A DNA stretch of 64,000 nucleotides from Takakia lepidozioides (taxonomy: Eukaryota > Plantae > Bryophyta). Both the position numbers and the translations under genes were made by a program. Location: assembly GCA_030704615.1 (NCBI GenBank), contig CM060734.1, positions 41,664,001-41,728,000 of the forward strand, given 5' to 3'. Below, one piece after another: positions 46,101-58,622 of the stretch. How positions within the stretch are numbered: position 1 is the first letter of the stretch; every line of letters starts with the position of its first letter. The notes below the pieces were generated by a model. The model searched no databases. It worked only from the letters and a program-made list of their open reading frames with translations, and was not told the DNA's origin.

Positions 46101-49100
46101 TACCATCAGGTCCACCAGCTTTATATCCGTTTAAATGTTCAATTGCTTCCACAATCTCAGAAGAACTAATGGGAGCATTATAAGCCATTGAAATATACTC
46201 CAGTTCATCAGGGCTGTTTTGAATCATAGGAACAGTTTTTCCAACTGTGTCCCTCCATTCAGCAGAAGACCCCTCACTGTTAGACCTAGAAGTTCTGCCA
46301 AGGATACTGTAGTGAGTTTCAAAGGTTTTGACAATGTCAACCGATGAAGTCACCACTGCACCTTTAGTAGTCTTCAGCGCTTGTACTTGCTGACCGTTTT
46401 TCGGCTTGTACAAACGTTGAAAGGCCAACCAGAATTTCTTGTCATTACCACCATGGTGGTTTGATTTTATTTCACTGTATAACTTGTCCCAGTATAATTT
46501 CTTCTGAGACCTAACAAGCTGATTGATATCTTTACGGAGCTGGTAGTACCTCGCCCACAATTCTCTGTTGGTTTCCAAATTGCAGCACTCCTTATAGAGG
46601 GCTCGTCTCTCAGCTATCTTGAGTTTAATCTCATTGGTCCACCAATTAACTGCTCTACCACAGACAATTAGTTTCCTCCCAATGATCTTGTCAGCCACAG
46701 AGGAAACGAAACTCTCCCAAGAGTCCACTGCTCTTTCGACTTCATTTCTTGCGTTAACAGAGCGTGACTGAAGTTCTTGGAGCGATTGGACAAAATGAGG
46801 GAGAGCCTCTTGCAAGGCCTGGATAGAGAAAGTAAGCAAGAAATCAAATTCATAATGTGAATGGAAAGCCCTGAGGGTCAATGCGACAGTAGAACAACAC
46901 GAAAACCACACTAAAGGACCTGGAAACGAAGTGCACCATTCAGGTAAGTTGCCAAGCACTTGAGTCCTCAAAGCTGGAGGCTGAGAGGTAGGGCCATGGG
47001 ACACAGTAGAGAGAGAATGTACTCATAAACGCGAGAGAGAGAGACGGAGAGAGAAAGAGATAAATTATTTTGCAGACAGAGGAGGCTTACATCCTGCTTG
47101 GGCTGGGAAGCGATAAGTGAGGTTCTTTGACAGGGGCCCCTGTCCGTGAGTGCCAATCTTGGGGTTGCCTCAGCTACTACCTGCCACTCCCAGTATATTA
47201 CAATTCTTTTTGGTTTAAGACGACAACTCGTGTATTTTATCTTCAGTCACAATAGTGGTTTGTTATACAATGCATGTGGGTCCAATGTTGGCATGAATGA
47301 TTAAGTACAGAGCTTTCTGAAGGCCAGCATCAATTTCATTACAATGAAGTGTGCATCACATTACTGAAGTACTGATAGAAGCCCCATTCTTCCAGCTCTT
47401 ATCCCTTCTCCCCTAACCCCAGTATTCCCCCAGCCAAATCGGGCACTCTATACAGCCCGCAAGGCTGCAACAAGGATGTAAGAAAATGCATCTCTTCAAC
47501 TGCTCTTCGCAAAGAAACATAAAAAATGTTAGTCGGCCATCTAGCTCCCAGACCCAGTACTAAATGCCGTGCTTTTTTTGGCTCAATGCAAAACTGGTTT
47601 AGGATGCATGAAAAGGAGTGCCTCCTCAAGGTGAGCGGCCAAGCATTTAGACTGTTGATGCGCAACAGTACAGCAACAAAGAAAAACCAAGGAGAAAGGT
47701 AATTCTGGTCTTCAAAATTGACTTATCTGCTAATGATGAGAACTGTGAAAAAGGAAGGAATGCAACATAACATGCTGTATCTGTCTCTGTTATATGTATA
47801 TAACACAGGAAAGGGGCAAGACTTCATATTAAACCTTATAAGACAATTTTCCCAGGTACCTCAGCATTGCCGTAAAAACAGAAGCCGCAAGGACAAAAAC
47901 GCCAAGACCCCTCGAAAAAACAAAAGCTCAGGCAACTAAAACAAACTAGAAGGAAAACACTGCTGAACCACTCAACCATCCACCGTTGGACAGTTCGAAA
48001 AGCAAGAAGCAGCCCAATGAAAAGGAAAGGAGGCTGTGAAGCTACTGAGGCCCCAGTGGATATTGGAGTGTGAAGAAAGCTCAAGGTACAAAGAAAACTC
48101 ACAGCATTACACATCCGAGAAGTTTGAATGCTCTCAACTAGATTGCCTCCAAATCCTGCTGGTTCCCACACAAGCTGTTAGCTAGTTGTTCGTAGTTCAC
48201 ATAGAGGTAGATTCAACCAACACAGAGTTCTTCATGTCAGAGTCTCTGTCCTGCTCTTCCCCATACTTTAAGCTGATATTCTCAGCTTGACCTTGCAGAT
48301 TAAGATCTTACAAACCCATGTACCTCTTCACTATCCATGTCCATATACAAAGTCAGAAAGCATACATGCTTAAGTCTTCGTTTTGTCACAGAAAGAGCAA
48401 AGAAATGAAGTTTATAACGCAAAGAGCTTATGGGACAAGAGGAGGAAATGAGATGAAATTGTGCTGTATAACGTCCGCCTATGGGACAAGAGGAGGAAGA
48501 AAGACAGATATGAATGTGAATGAAGAAGAAGGAACTTAGGTCCAAGTGAGAGAAAGGATGGTGGGGGGTGGAGACATCCCAGAAGAGAGGGAGGGAGAGA
48601 TGTACTCTTGGAGATTTAACATGACCGTTGGAATAGTCCCTCCAGGAATTACCTCTGTAATAGAAGTTTAAAGTGTTGATTTGAGGCTTGGCATTGGAAT
48701 TGCATTAGAAAGTATAGTGTTCATTCCAGTAGTTCTACTCTAGAGGAATGAGAAGATAGATGCAGACAGAGTAAAACAGAGGCTCAGATGCATGCAGAAA
48801 CGGTTCAGCCCTGACAGCTAATCAGAAGGAATTGGCACCCATGTTCCAAAAAGTCAAGGTGTCAGGAGCCAAGGATTGGGAACCCAGAATATATATATAC
48901 TATCTGATGAGGACGAACTATGGTCGGCACCATAGACCATAAAAGCAAGAGCCGTACTAAGCTTGGTTGCTTGTTGGCCAGCCCAAGATCACCTATAGTG
49001 ACACAAATTGTCCCAAGAATTGCTGGAGATAAAGAGAGAGGGCATGGTACCAAGATGTACAGACGTCTGCCAGGTACCAAGATTCAGCTTTGGAGTGCTG

Positions 49101-50850
49101 CTTTTGATAGTCTGCATGTGCGTACTGTGGAGGCCCTCTCTGGCCACATCCCCACTGCCATTAGCAGTGTGGCTTTCGTCAACCACCCTGCACAATCATC
49201 AAACATGTATTTCATCCAATCAGATTTATTTACTATGTGGCTGCTTCACAAATGCTGAAGCCTTGTAGCCATGAATCCTACCAGCCATGACCTTTCCACA
49301 GCTGACAATAGCTCTTTCAGCAACAAGGGGTCCCAATTAGAGGTTTGGTGTGGCTGGTCCCTCATCCTGGGAAGAAGATGGAAACGTAAGCAGGGCAAGT
49401 GCAACATATTAATCTCATTTCAAGACCAAAATGCAACTGCTTCAACATACATCACTCTCAGAATAATTTGACAAGACTTCTCTAATGGGACTTTCCAAGT
49501 TTAAAACATAAACTGACAATCATCCTGAAGAGTGAGGTGAAATTATTCCACGGTGCTTGTGCAAGCCTTGCAATCATATACCCTATGCCAGTTCGGGAAT
49601 ATTGCCCAAATGATTCATATCCACTGAACCAGAAAAATACCAAAACCTACGTTGAAAGGGTGCCATGAATGACATTGGTGGAAATTGGTCAAATAAACCT
49701 AGGCAACTTCAGATGATTGAGGTGCTCTACCTCTGCAACTACAGCTAGCCACAATAATGGAAGATTGGAAAAATTGCCTGTAGCATGCCTCAGCCTCGGT
49801 ACTAATGTCAGCATCCAGTCGTCGGGCAGTCTTGATCTTCATTCGAATTTTCTCCTCCAACTGTAGCCTCTCTGAACTGGTGAATGCACGCGCAGTATGA
49901 ATTCCCATCTTCCCCTTCACCTGCAGATGCTTTCCGACCAGTGTGGATCCAATATGAGAGGAGTTTCCCATGTGCTGGGTCAATCTCCTTTCCAAGTCCC
50001 AATTATTTAGCTCCGGTTTGGTGGACCCTTCTAAACTCTGTGGCTTGTGAGACTTGAAGGATGCATCCAGCTTGATCACAGCTCCCATTGCATCACCCTC
50101 TGTCTCATTTGTCCTTTCCGTTATAGACCCCCTAATGTCCTGGGACTTTGAGTTGCTGGGAGCTGTCCCTCCTCTAGAAGTAAAGCTCCCACTTCTGTTA
50201 GAGCTGTCAGTCTGGGTTTTGTAGGTGGGCCTATAACTTCGGATGTTATCGGATGACATGGGCAAGCGAGTGGCAAGAGCAATCTGGTGTGGATTTGCAA
50301 AGTACTTCAATAGAGATTTATCTCGGCTTGAGTAGCTTCTTGACCCATTATCCCCTAAGAAAACACCTTTACCTTTGACGATTGGCATGGTGTTGATGGG
50401 TGTGCCATTGTTCGTCCAACTCAAGCGCTGGCTCCCATGTGTGATACAAGAGGTCTCTTTTAGGCTTCTCGCTGAACACTTGATTCGCTCAGTTCTGCTA
50501 CTTTCAGGGGCCGTTCCAGTTCTTCCAGATAATAAAGCTTGCGGGCCTGTGAAATCTAGTTCCAAATAATACCCAACATCGTCATTGCCCCTAGTTGCCG
50601 ATTCGGCTTGCTCTGCCAGGTTCCGGCGCACCTTTGCCAGATTCAATGTGGGCAAATCGTGTCTGGCCGTGCTGACGCGCCGGCTTCTGTCACCAGAGCG
50701 AAAGGTTCCCGCAACTTTGCTTACAGCAGAGATGGCTTTTGACGGTAGACTCTTGCTAGGCCTGCTTGATCCTGGGCGTGTACTGAAGTCGCGGCTGATT
50801 AGTGAGGTGAAATCGAACAGTTTTGTTTGGGCTGAATCTTTCCGTCTCAT
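34102..50850 (-). CDS. DYRK2: Class-2 DYRK (DYRK2-like) dual-specificity kinase with a long low-complexity N-terminus
   Basis: Secure core exons 39406-39272, 38947-38724, 38200-38069, 37333-37153, 36183-36133, 35817-35752, 35530-35414 and 35232-35042 give the NAPA region ([17 protein letters not shown]), DH box (GYDDERGDY), [22 protein letters not shown] and [13 protein letters not shown]. Tentative but phase-compatible exons: 50850-49778 (GC donor), 49366-49292, 49187-49078, 48652-48606, 47180-47091, 40231-40174, 34393-34326, 34228-34102. Confidence 0.8.
40416..40745 (-). mobile_element. Older, diverged 3'-end fragment of the LINE family found at 41091-46823
   Basis: Translates to [13 protein letters not shown] and carries the same 3' terminus (GTCTTATGAGTACA on the minus strand). 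Confidence 0.8.
41091..43987 (-). mobile_element. LINE copy B: 5'-truncated within the AP endonuclease, frameshifted, with an internal RT deletion
   Basis: APE motifs [21 protein letters not shown] and SDHFLV (43074-43977). The RT lacks the ~450 bp corresponding to ~45470-45920 (junction ~42389). C-terminal CxxC..H..C motif present. Confidence 0.92.
44003..44071 (-). mobile_element. ~70-bp LINE 3'-end mini-copy
   Basis: Matches the last ~70 nt of copies A and B and is flanked on both sides by AAAGCATGGATAGA. Confidence 0.85.
44087..46823 (-). mobile_element. LINE copy A: 5'-truncated, uninterrupted reverse transcriptase plus C-terminal CCHC (RTE/RTEX-like)
   Basis: ORF 44092-47004 contains [54 protein letters not shown] and [17 protein letters not shown]. 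Homology to copy B stops at ~46823; ORF sequence beyond that is host intron. Confidence 0.95.
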
Positions 50851-52952
50851 GTTTGAGGTTGAACTTTCCCCGAAGAAATTAGGCCACAGATTACAATGCT
50901 TCTTCTCTCGACCGACTTCGTTGTTAGTTGAGGTGTCAGATTAACAGAACTTACCGTACCCGGCATGAAGAGTTCCCTGTGGAAGTTCATACATGTATAG
51001 AGATCGTCGTCTCATGGTGGTCCATCTCTGTACCAAATTGGAATGAATTTGGGCCGTGACTGAGTCTGGACGGGAAACATTGTAAGGAGCATGTATGTAT
51101 GTACAGGTAATGAGCGAAGGAGAGAGGCGCAGAGAGAGTTCCTTAGAGGGGGGGGGGAGATGCAGGGAAGGAGCCCTGTTGTACGGCTCAGACAAAGAAA
51201 CGGAGCTTCTGGACGGGGAGAGGAGGGCAGAGCCTCATTAGTTACTAGAGACAAACAAACAGACGAGACTGACTCGTAGAGCACTAGAGGACTATGAAGG
51301 ACTGTGAAAGAGGACTTGCAGATAATGTAGATTCAGCTATAAGAGGCTCCAGAAGAGAGAAAGAGAAGGAGGGGGGGTCCGACAGAAAGATTGAAATGAA
51401 AAAGATTAAAACAACGAGAGAACCATTTTGAAGGAAACTTGCATACGGAAATCCCCTTCTGAAAACAACTGATATCAAAGTATGAGGCGCATCCGGTAGA
51501 CAATTCTTGAGGAGAGAAGGGAAATAAGAGTCTTTTCATAGCAGGAAAGGGGAGGAGCGGTTAGGGTCAGAAACAACGGTTGTACCGGTCATACTTTCTA
51601 TCAGGCTTGCTGGGCTAGTACAATGTTCTAGTTTTTAAGAATCCAAGTACCAGTCTGGTGGCGTGCCACAATGTGGCGTGTACAATGTCTGGTGGCGTGT
51701 ACACAGTGTTCCCAAAATTGAGAGAGAGAGTCCCTGTCGCTTGGAGAGAATTTAGGAGTTGTGCACCCAGATGACGAACCTGCTTCCAACAGGCGAACTG
51801 TACATGGAGATAGAGAAAGAAGTGCCACAGACAGACTTGCAGACAAGGAGATGCTTGAGCTTTCGCGAATTTAAAACATCTCAATTCTTGTCTCCTTAAT
51901 ACAACCATGGGGAACTTCAACCAAGTGGACTGGGCCCCACCGAGCCTCAAAACTCAAAACCCGACTGCAACATCATCTTGCGACATCATCTTGCGGTCGG
52001 ATTTGACCATATGGAAGGAGGACCTAATAATAAGTCACCCCCAAGGCGGCCTTCCTCTGACCATTCTAATAAGATGCAGAGAAAGGTGGATGATTGCAGA
52101 AACACAACTGCACAACCGCTGTGTGCTAGATCTTCACTTGGCCAGAGCTCAGACTCCAGAGATGATTGATTATATCATACCTTGAGTCACCCCTCGCAAC
52201 TTTTTACTAGCAAACGTGACAATGCTCCAATTCAGCCCTATGTTCTTCTCGCAAGAGGGAATGTTCATCGCCTGTAGCAATTCTATGCATGGTTACAGTG
52301 GTCCCCCAGCAACCAAAGAATTGATAATAATGGAGCCAGTTGCTGAATACCGAGCTTATTTGGCATTCGAACAGCTTTCTTCCTAGTTTGATGCCACTTC
52401 ACAATTGGCTTCATTCTTGGAAAAACTAGTACAAGGGTGGTGTCAATTTAGTTATGCACAAAAAAAACATAGGCACTCCCATATGTTAAAACCAGGTTAG
52501 ATGGTAAGCAGAAGTGTGGGTGGAGTGGATGGCCAAATTTTCTCCACCAACCAAGTTGCACAGCTTCCCACTCTAACACTCTCAGAAAACCTGTACCTGA
52601 AAGTCATTTCTACAGGTGCATAAAGAGATGACATCCACATACAATGAGAAAACAGAATCGTGTTCCATAACCTGTCGTCTTAATCCAACTTACACAACAC
52701 TACCTACACAATACCCTGCCAGTGGTCTGTTGTATTAAGAGAGACTGCAAGCTCCAGCTAAAGCTTTGCACACCATCTGAAGAAAAATTGTGGTCCAGCA
52801 TTGTGAGGCCACTTGAAGTGAGATCCATAGATTTAAAGGTATGATTGAAATCTGTCTCGGTTTATTGCCCCACACCAGAAGGTTGAATATACCACCCAAT
52901 GTGCTCCACCTGTTCAACAATGAAATCCTTCTACTATTTAAGACAACACAGC

Positions 52953-54365
52953 TCAATCAGCCTCCTCTCTGTCAGGAGGGAGGCCACATGGTACAAGCAT
53001 TTTCTGCACAGCAAGGAAAGAAAATAATCAACAAGAGAATGCTTAGCATTTTTCTCAAAATTGGCTAGTGCTGGAGAGAAATGCTTAAGGTACTCAGCAT
53101 TTACCGAAACTTACCTCTTCTCTCAGTTAAGTATACCAATCTCATCAGCCTAACCTCCCTGTGCTTAAAGAAAAATCACAAAATGCATACCATGGTGACT
53201 CGACAACTGCATAGCTGACAACAAAACCTAGCTATCTCATAAAAATGCATGTACAGAAAGCACCATCTGAAGTTTCCAGAACCCTGGCAAAAAAGACCTG
53301 CATAGATTTCAATGACCAGGATACCCATCAGACAGAAGGACACATGACCAGCCAACGTTCAACATCTGCACCAACTGCAGGTTGATAACAAACTGGACTT
53401 CAAACCACTGGAGGATTGCTTTACCTGCATGAAGTTGTACCGCTCCCGTCCAATGGACTCATTCTCAGCTATCGCAAAGAAGGCCAGAAGAGGTGCATGC
53501 CCGACATATGACGCATAGCTGTCTCTCTGAATGTTGACAGCCCACTCACTGTCCTCCATGAAACGGCATAGCACCATAAGATTACATTTAAAACTTGTAA
53601 ATTACGCAGGAAATCAGTTGCCAAGCTTTGCTTTAATTCTGGTTGCCTTCCCCATACAGCAAAGCATATTTGCTACGAGACTATTTACAGCAGTGATACG
53701 AAAGCACAAGGCCTCAACTGCAGTCTCAAACAGCTGCCTTCCTTGCTGATGTCTAAAAGAGGGTACCCCAAAAACAAACAAGTACACAATGATCAAGAGA
53801 AGTACAATACCAAGATGGACTGTGAGAGCTATGGAGGGCACAAGACAAAGGTGAGAAAACTTACAATCTGTTCAGATCAGCATGGCCTGTACCCACATAC
53901 TTGGCTTGCAAGTGCTCAAGCTGGCTGTTGATGTTGAATCTATCACTGGCCTGGCACATAAACCCCCCAAAACCCTAACTACAGTCAAGGTTGGGAGGCA
54001 TGCCTTGCCTAGTTTATTTTGCTATAACTTCTGGAAGACTGCACCAGGGGTAAACAACTCTTGTGGGGCGCATGCCCCACCCAAAAAAGAGTGACGGACT
54101 TCTATGGGCACCCAGCCAGGGCGTACAGCACCTGTAGGAAGGGAATGTGAGGTCGAGTACTCAGATGTTGGAGTAACGGCAAACATATCTACAATGCAAA
54201 CACTACTGACGAAACAAGGCCCAAAAACAAGTCCAACGAGCACATAACAAAATCGCACTATACCAAGAATGCATCAGAAAAAACCAGCTAACCCATCTTC
54301 TTATTGCAGGAGTAGAGAGCATCCATACCGCAGCGTCCAATCAAAGCTGAGAACTCTACCTGCAT
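52953..54365 (-). CDS. SF3B5: Splicing factor 3B subunit 5 (SF3b10), 88 aa
   Basis: Exons 54365-54360, 53950-53865, 53548-53425 and 53003-52953 give MQASDRFNINSQLEHLQAKYVGTGHADLNRFEWAVNIQRDSYASYVGH...ENESIGRERYNFMQKMLVPCGLPPDREEAD*. Confidence 0.97.
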
Positions 54366-54650
54366 GGCGGAAGAGGCCCTGGGCCAACGAGCTCAACTCT
54401 GAGCGGTGAACAGAGCGCGAGGCTGAAAGAGATATTCACGCAAAGAACACAAAACAAGCCTGCACCGAGGACACACTTCACACACTTCCAACTACAATTT
54501 TTCTTGGGGGAAACAGTTAGGCCTTCAAATGCGTAAGTAGACGCCCGAAAAAATTCGGGTCTGAAAATTCTCGATATCATAAGCTTTTAAGTAGTGGATT
54601 CTTCGCATTCTTGTTTGGCTCGGAGTCTCTCTTGGTTCGGAGGAAGCCGC
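54366..54650. promoter_or_regulatory. Probable bidirectional promoter/5'UTR region between SF3B5 and the PPR gene
   Basis: Divergent start codons at 54365 (-) and 54651 (+) with only 285 bp between them. Depends on the PPR exon-1 model. Confidence 0.5.
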
Positions 54651-57507
54651 ATGAGAGGGCGCTGCGCCTCTCTCCTGCGCGCGAAAACAGAGGCAGCACC
54701 CAAGACGCTGTCTTCTTGTTGCAGTGAACTTGCGGGATGCCTTACATCATGCAGCAGACTAGCACGCCTGGCTGTGGATCAGAAACGGGCGTCGAGCTTG
54801 TCAGTGCCGTGCCCGAGACCGTTCCAAGGGATGGCTGTGACGCTTCCCCAGCCCCAGAAACAGAAGAAAGGTAAAGATATGTAGCTCTTGCATGTCTTTC
54901 GGTTTCTGTAAATCTCTGTTTGGAGCGATCCAAGCTCCGAACAATCCCATACCCACTCCACTTTACGATCGTACCCACGCTCATCCTCCTTCTATCAGCT
55001 CCTTCAGTATCTCCAGCAATTTCTGAAACTTCTGATAAAAACTCTTCTTTCCGTTCATTTCTGGTTGAGAGAGAGATAGCTTGGTTGCTGGAGTTTTTTG
55101 TTTTGTATACCCCAATCTAACATAGATGTGACACATGTGGCTGTGTTTGCATTGCCAGTCACAGTGGGACTGAGAAGGCGAAAGGATTATGGAAGGCCCA
55201 CGCTAGCGTTTCTCTAAAGACTCACATTATGAGGAACTTAACGATCTATGCCGTGTATGCATGCAGGCACAGTAATATGCATAGAACAGCTTTGGCAGGA
55301 GTTCATGTCACATCCTTCACGGTGGTGGGACTGCAGGACTGATAAGGTAACGCAAACTCTACCGTCGCTCTAAGAAACTGTTCCTAAGATTGACCTTTTT
55401 GTGAGGAAACCTGTTATGATGTATTTTTGCCAGTTTTCAGGTTTCACAGAAAAGTCCAAGATCACCTTTCTTAAGATGTAAACACACAAAGGAGGTCCTT
55501 TCGATTGAGTATTGGGAGAACCCTCCTTGGGTGCAAGCACAACTAGCTGCCACGATACAAGGTCGAGCACAATCTGGTGATGGTTCTTGTCTTAATGTAC
55601 GCCATGGAGCTCCAAGCCGGAAACACAATGGGTACTGCTTTGATGATGATTCACGGGTTTCAAACCAGAACAGTTGAATTGCTAGAGTTTTTCCTCAAAG
55701 TGGATTATTGTGGTAGTTTTCCAAACCTGTTACTATATAGCAAGAAGCTATTGTCATGGAGATCCTTCTTGAACTAGTCAGGGAACTTTATGGTGTATGT
55801 CGTGAGTTTGAGTTGGAGGTTTGAACCACAAGTTGATAACCATGCAGGATGGCAGGGTTGAATCAGACACAGCCAAGAGATGGGGTCAATAGGAACTCAT
55901 CTGGCTGTGGTGGGGACGTGAGGAACCTATGTAAGGCTGGACGACTAAAAGAGGCTCTATATATTTTGAAACAACAAGGCATTTGGGCAGACTCCAATAC
56001 TTATGTCTGCCTTTTACAGGAGTGTGTCAACCTGAAGGACCTATCGAAGGGTAAGGAGGTGCATGCCCACATTATTGAGAGCGGTTTCAAGCCAAGCAAT
56101 TTTCTACTCAATACCCTTGTCAACATGTATGCCAAGTGCGGGAGCTTGGTGGATGCACGCACAGTGTTTGACCAAATGCCTGAACAAACTTTGTTTACAT
56201 GGACAATAATGATAGGGGGATATGCCAAGAATGGGTACGGTAGGGAGGCTCTCAAGCTCCATGAGCAAATGCAACAGGAAGGGGTGATGCCCAACAAAGT
56301 TACCTTCATTTGCCTTCTCAATGCATGTGCCAGTTTAGGAGCCTTGGAAAAGGGTAAAGAAATCCATGCTGACATCATCAAACATGGAATTACAGCAGAT
56401 ATCAATTTGGAGACTGCCCTTGCTGACATGTATGCCAAATGCAGGAGCATGAAGCATGCGCGGCAAGTGTTCGACAACATGTCTATACGAAATGTGGTCT
56501 CATGGAGCGCAATGATTGCAGGATATGCTCAGAATGGGTGTGGCAGGGAGGCTTTTGAGATCTATGCACAAATGCAACACGAAGGAGCAATGCCCAACAG
56601 GGTCACATTCACTTGCGTTCTCAATGCATGTGCCAGTCTACTAGACCTGAAAAAGGGCCGAGGTGTCCATGCTGACATCATCAAAGCTGGAATTGTACCC
56701 GATATCATTCTGCAGACTGCCCTTACTGACATGTATGCAAAATGTGGAAGCATGAAGGATGCCCGTGGAATTTTCAACAACATGGCTAAAAGGAGTGTGG
56801 TCTCATGGAATGCCTTGATTACAGGATATACTCACCATGGGTGTGGTAGGGAGGCTTTTGAGGTGTATGAGCAAATGCACCGTGAAGGGGTGACACCAGA
56901 CAGGATCACTTACACTGGGGTTCTCAATGCATGTGCCAGTGTAGGAGCCCTTGACAAGGGGAGGCAAGTGCATGTGGACATTAGCAATAGTGGAATTTTG
57001 CCAGAAATTATTCTGGAGAATACCCTTGTTGACATGTATGCCAAAAGTGGGAGGGTAGATGATGCACGTGAAGTCTTCAACAATATGGCTAAACGAAATG
57101 TGGTCTCGTGGAGTACCATGATTGCAGGATATGCTCAGCATGGGTCTGGTAGGGAGGCACTTGACCTCTTTGAACAAATGCACCAGCAAGGCTTCAAACC
57201 AGATGGTATTGCTTTTGTCTCTGTTCTCTCTGCATGTAGCCATGTGGGCCTAGTGGATGAAGGCCTTCACTACTTTGATTCCATCATTCGAGATCATGGC
57301 CTCACTCCTACGGTGGAGCATTTTGGCTGCCTGGTGGACCTTCTTGGCCGTGCGGGCCGATTACACGAGGCAGAGGGGTTCATTAAAAAATTGCCCCTTA
57401 AACCAGATGGTGGCATGTGGAGGGCATTGCTGGGTGCTTGCAGAATTCATGGCAACATGGAGCTAGCAGAATGTGTGGCAAAATGCATTCTCAAGATGGA
57501 ATCATAG
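54651..57507 (+). CDS. PLS-class PPR protein with an N-terminal OSB-type PDF motif; ends after E1 with no DYW domain; ~713 aa
   Basis: Exons 54651-54870, 55267-55346, 55450-55631 and 55848-57507. The PLS triplets in ORF 55849-57507 are unambiguous. Exons 2-3 give EQLWQEFMSHPSRWWDCRTDK|KSPRSPFLRCKHTKEVLSIEYWENPPWVQAQL. Confidence 0.85.
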
Positions 57508-58365
57508 CATGGTGTTGTGAATGTGTTGTTATTGATCATGTATGTAGAGGCAGGCAGGTGGAACAGTAAAGCTAAGGTGAGTACATGATAGGGGACAGAA
57601 GTGAAGGAGGCAGGTGCAGCAGTCAAGCCAAGTAACACATCAAGGCCACACCCATCAGAATTACATTGTTTGCAAGCAATAAGCGTGTCAATCAACATGA
57701 ATTAGTTGACATCTACTGGAGGGTCAGTAACTAATGTAGCTAATTCTCCTTTGTCCACCACAGACGATCAGCAGTGACATGCAACTAAACAAATGTACAG
57801 CAGGTATAACTTTGGCATGAGAGAAAGTGTAACAGAAGATCCATCAGGTTGAGCACTAATAGCAAAGATGAGGCTCATATTGTTCAACCATGGTTAGAAG
57901 CTCTTGAGAAAATTTGAAGATCCACATAAATTTTTAGCCTAAATACACTACACACCCTGGGACAAGAAAACTACACATTTAGATCATGAGTGAGGGTATT
58001 AATCACACCTCTAACTTGAACTAACTGCTAGATAGTTAACTGATCCTTAACTAACAAGGTGCCTGGTTGCAAGTGGCCCCACCTTTACTGCTGGTGGTTG
58101 AGAAAGGCCTTCCCCCCAAGGAATCCCTTTTAATTCATATTCGATCCCAAGAAAAAATATCCTTGGGGAATGCCATTCAAGACGTACATGAGAGGCATAA
58201 AGAACAACAATGGGTTGGTAGGGCCCAGGGGATCTGGAATCCATTGTGTTCTTCTGCCCCTTGGCTTCCAGAAACTGGAGCTGGGCTTTCCTGTTTATTC
58301 CAAGTGGAGGCCAATTCTCCCCCTTCATTCTCCCCCTCTTCTCAACATGTTTCAAGGATCTAGTT

Positions 58366-58622
58366 GAGATCACATGTCGTTCAGCCATATTGTTGAACAC
58401 TTTTACGTGCATCATTCATGCTCCCACATTGTGCATCATTCATGCTCCCACATTGGGCATACATGTCACTGGTCAGCAAGGGCAGTCTCCAGAATGAAAT
58501 CATGAACGTCCTTGCCCTTGTTCAGGGCTCCTAAGCTGGCACAAACATCGAGCACAACAGTGACTGTTGGGCATCACCCCTCTCGTTTCATTTTGCTCAT
58601 AGATCTTGAAAGCTTCCTTCCC
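58366..58622 (-). pseudogene. Decayed fragment of one PPR PLS triplet
   Basis: GKEAFKIYEQ...GVMPN...CASLGALNKGKDVH...LETALAD...MYAQCGSMNDA...VFNNMAERHVIS, with frameshifts and a 24-bp tandem duplication. Confidence 0.85.

Noticed and set aside
46824-47004. N-terminus of the 970-aa RT ORF as a real start or host-LINE fusion
   Set aside because: Homology with copy B ends at ~46823 and the upstream part is intron sequence that happens to be open. An acceptor-like ctatccag lies at the junction, but nothing shows it is used.
48598-48610. Another LINE 3'-end remnant (TGTACTC)
   Set aside because: Only a 7-nt match, better explained as a DYRK2 splice donor.
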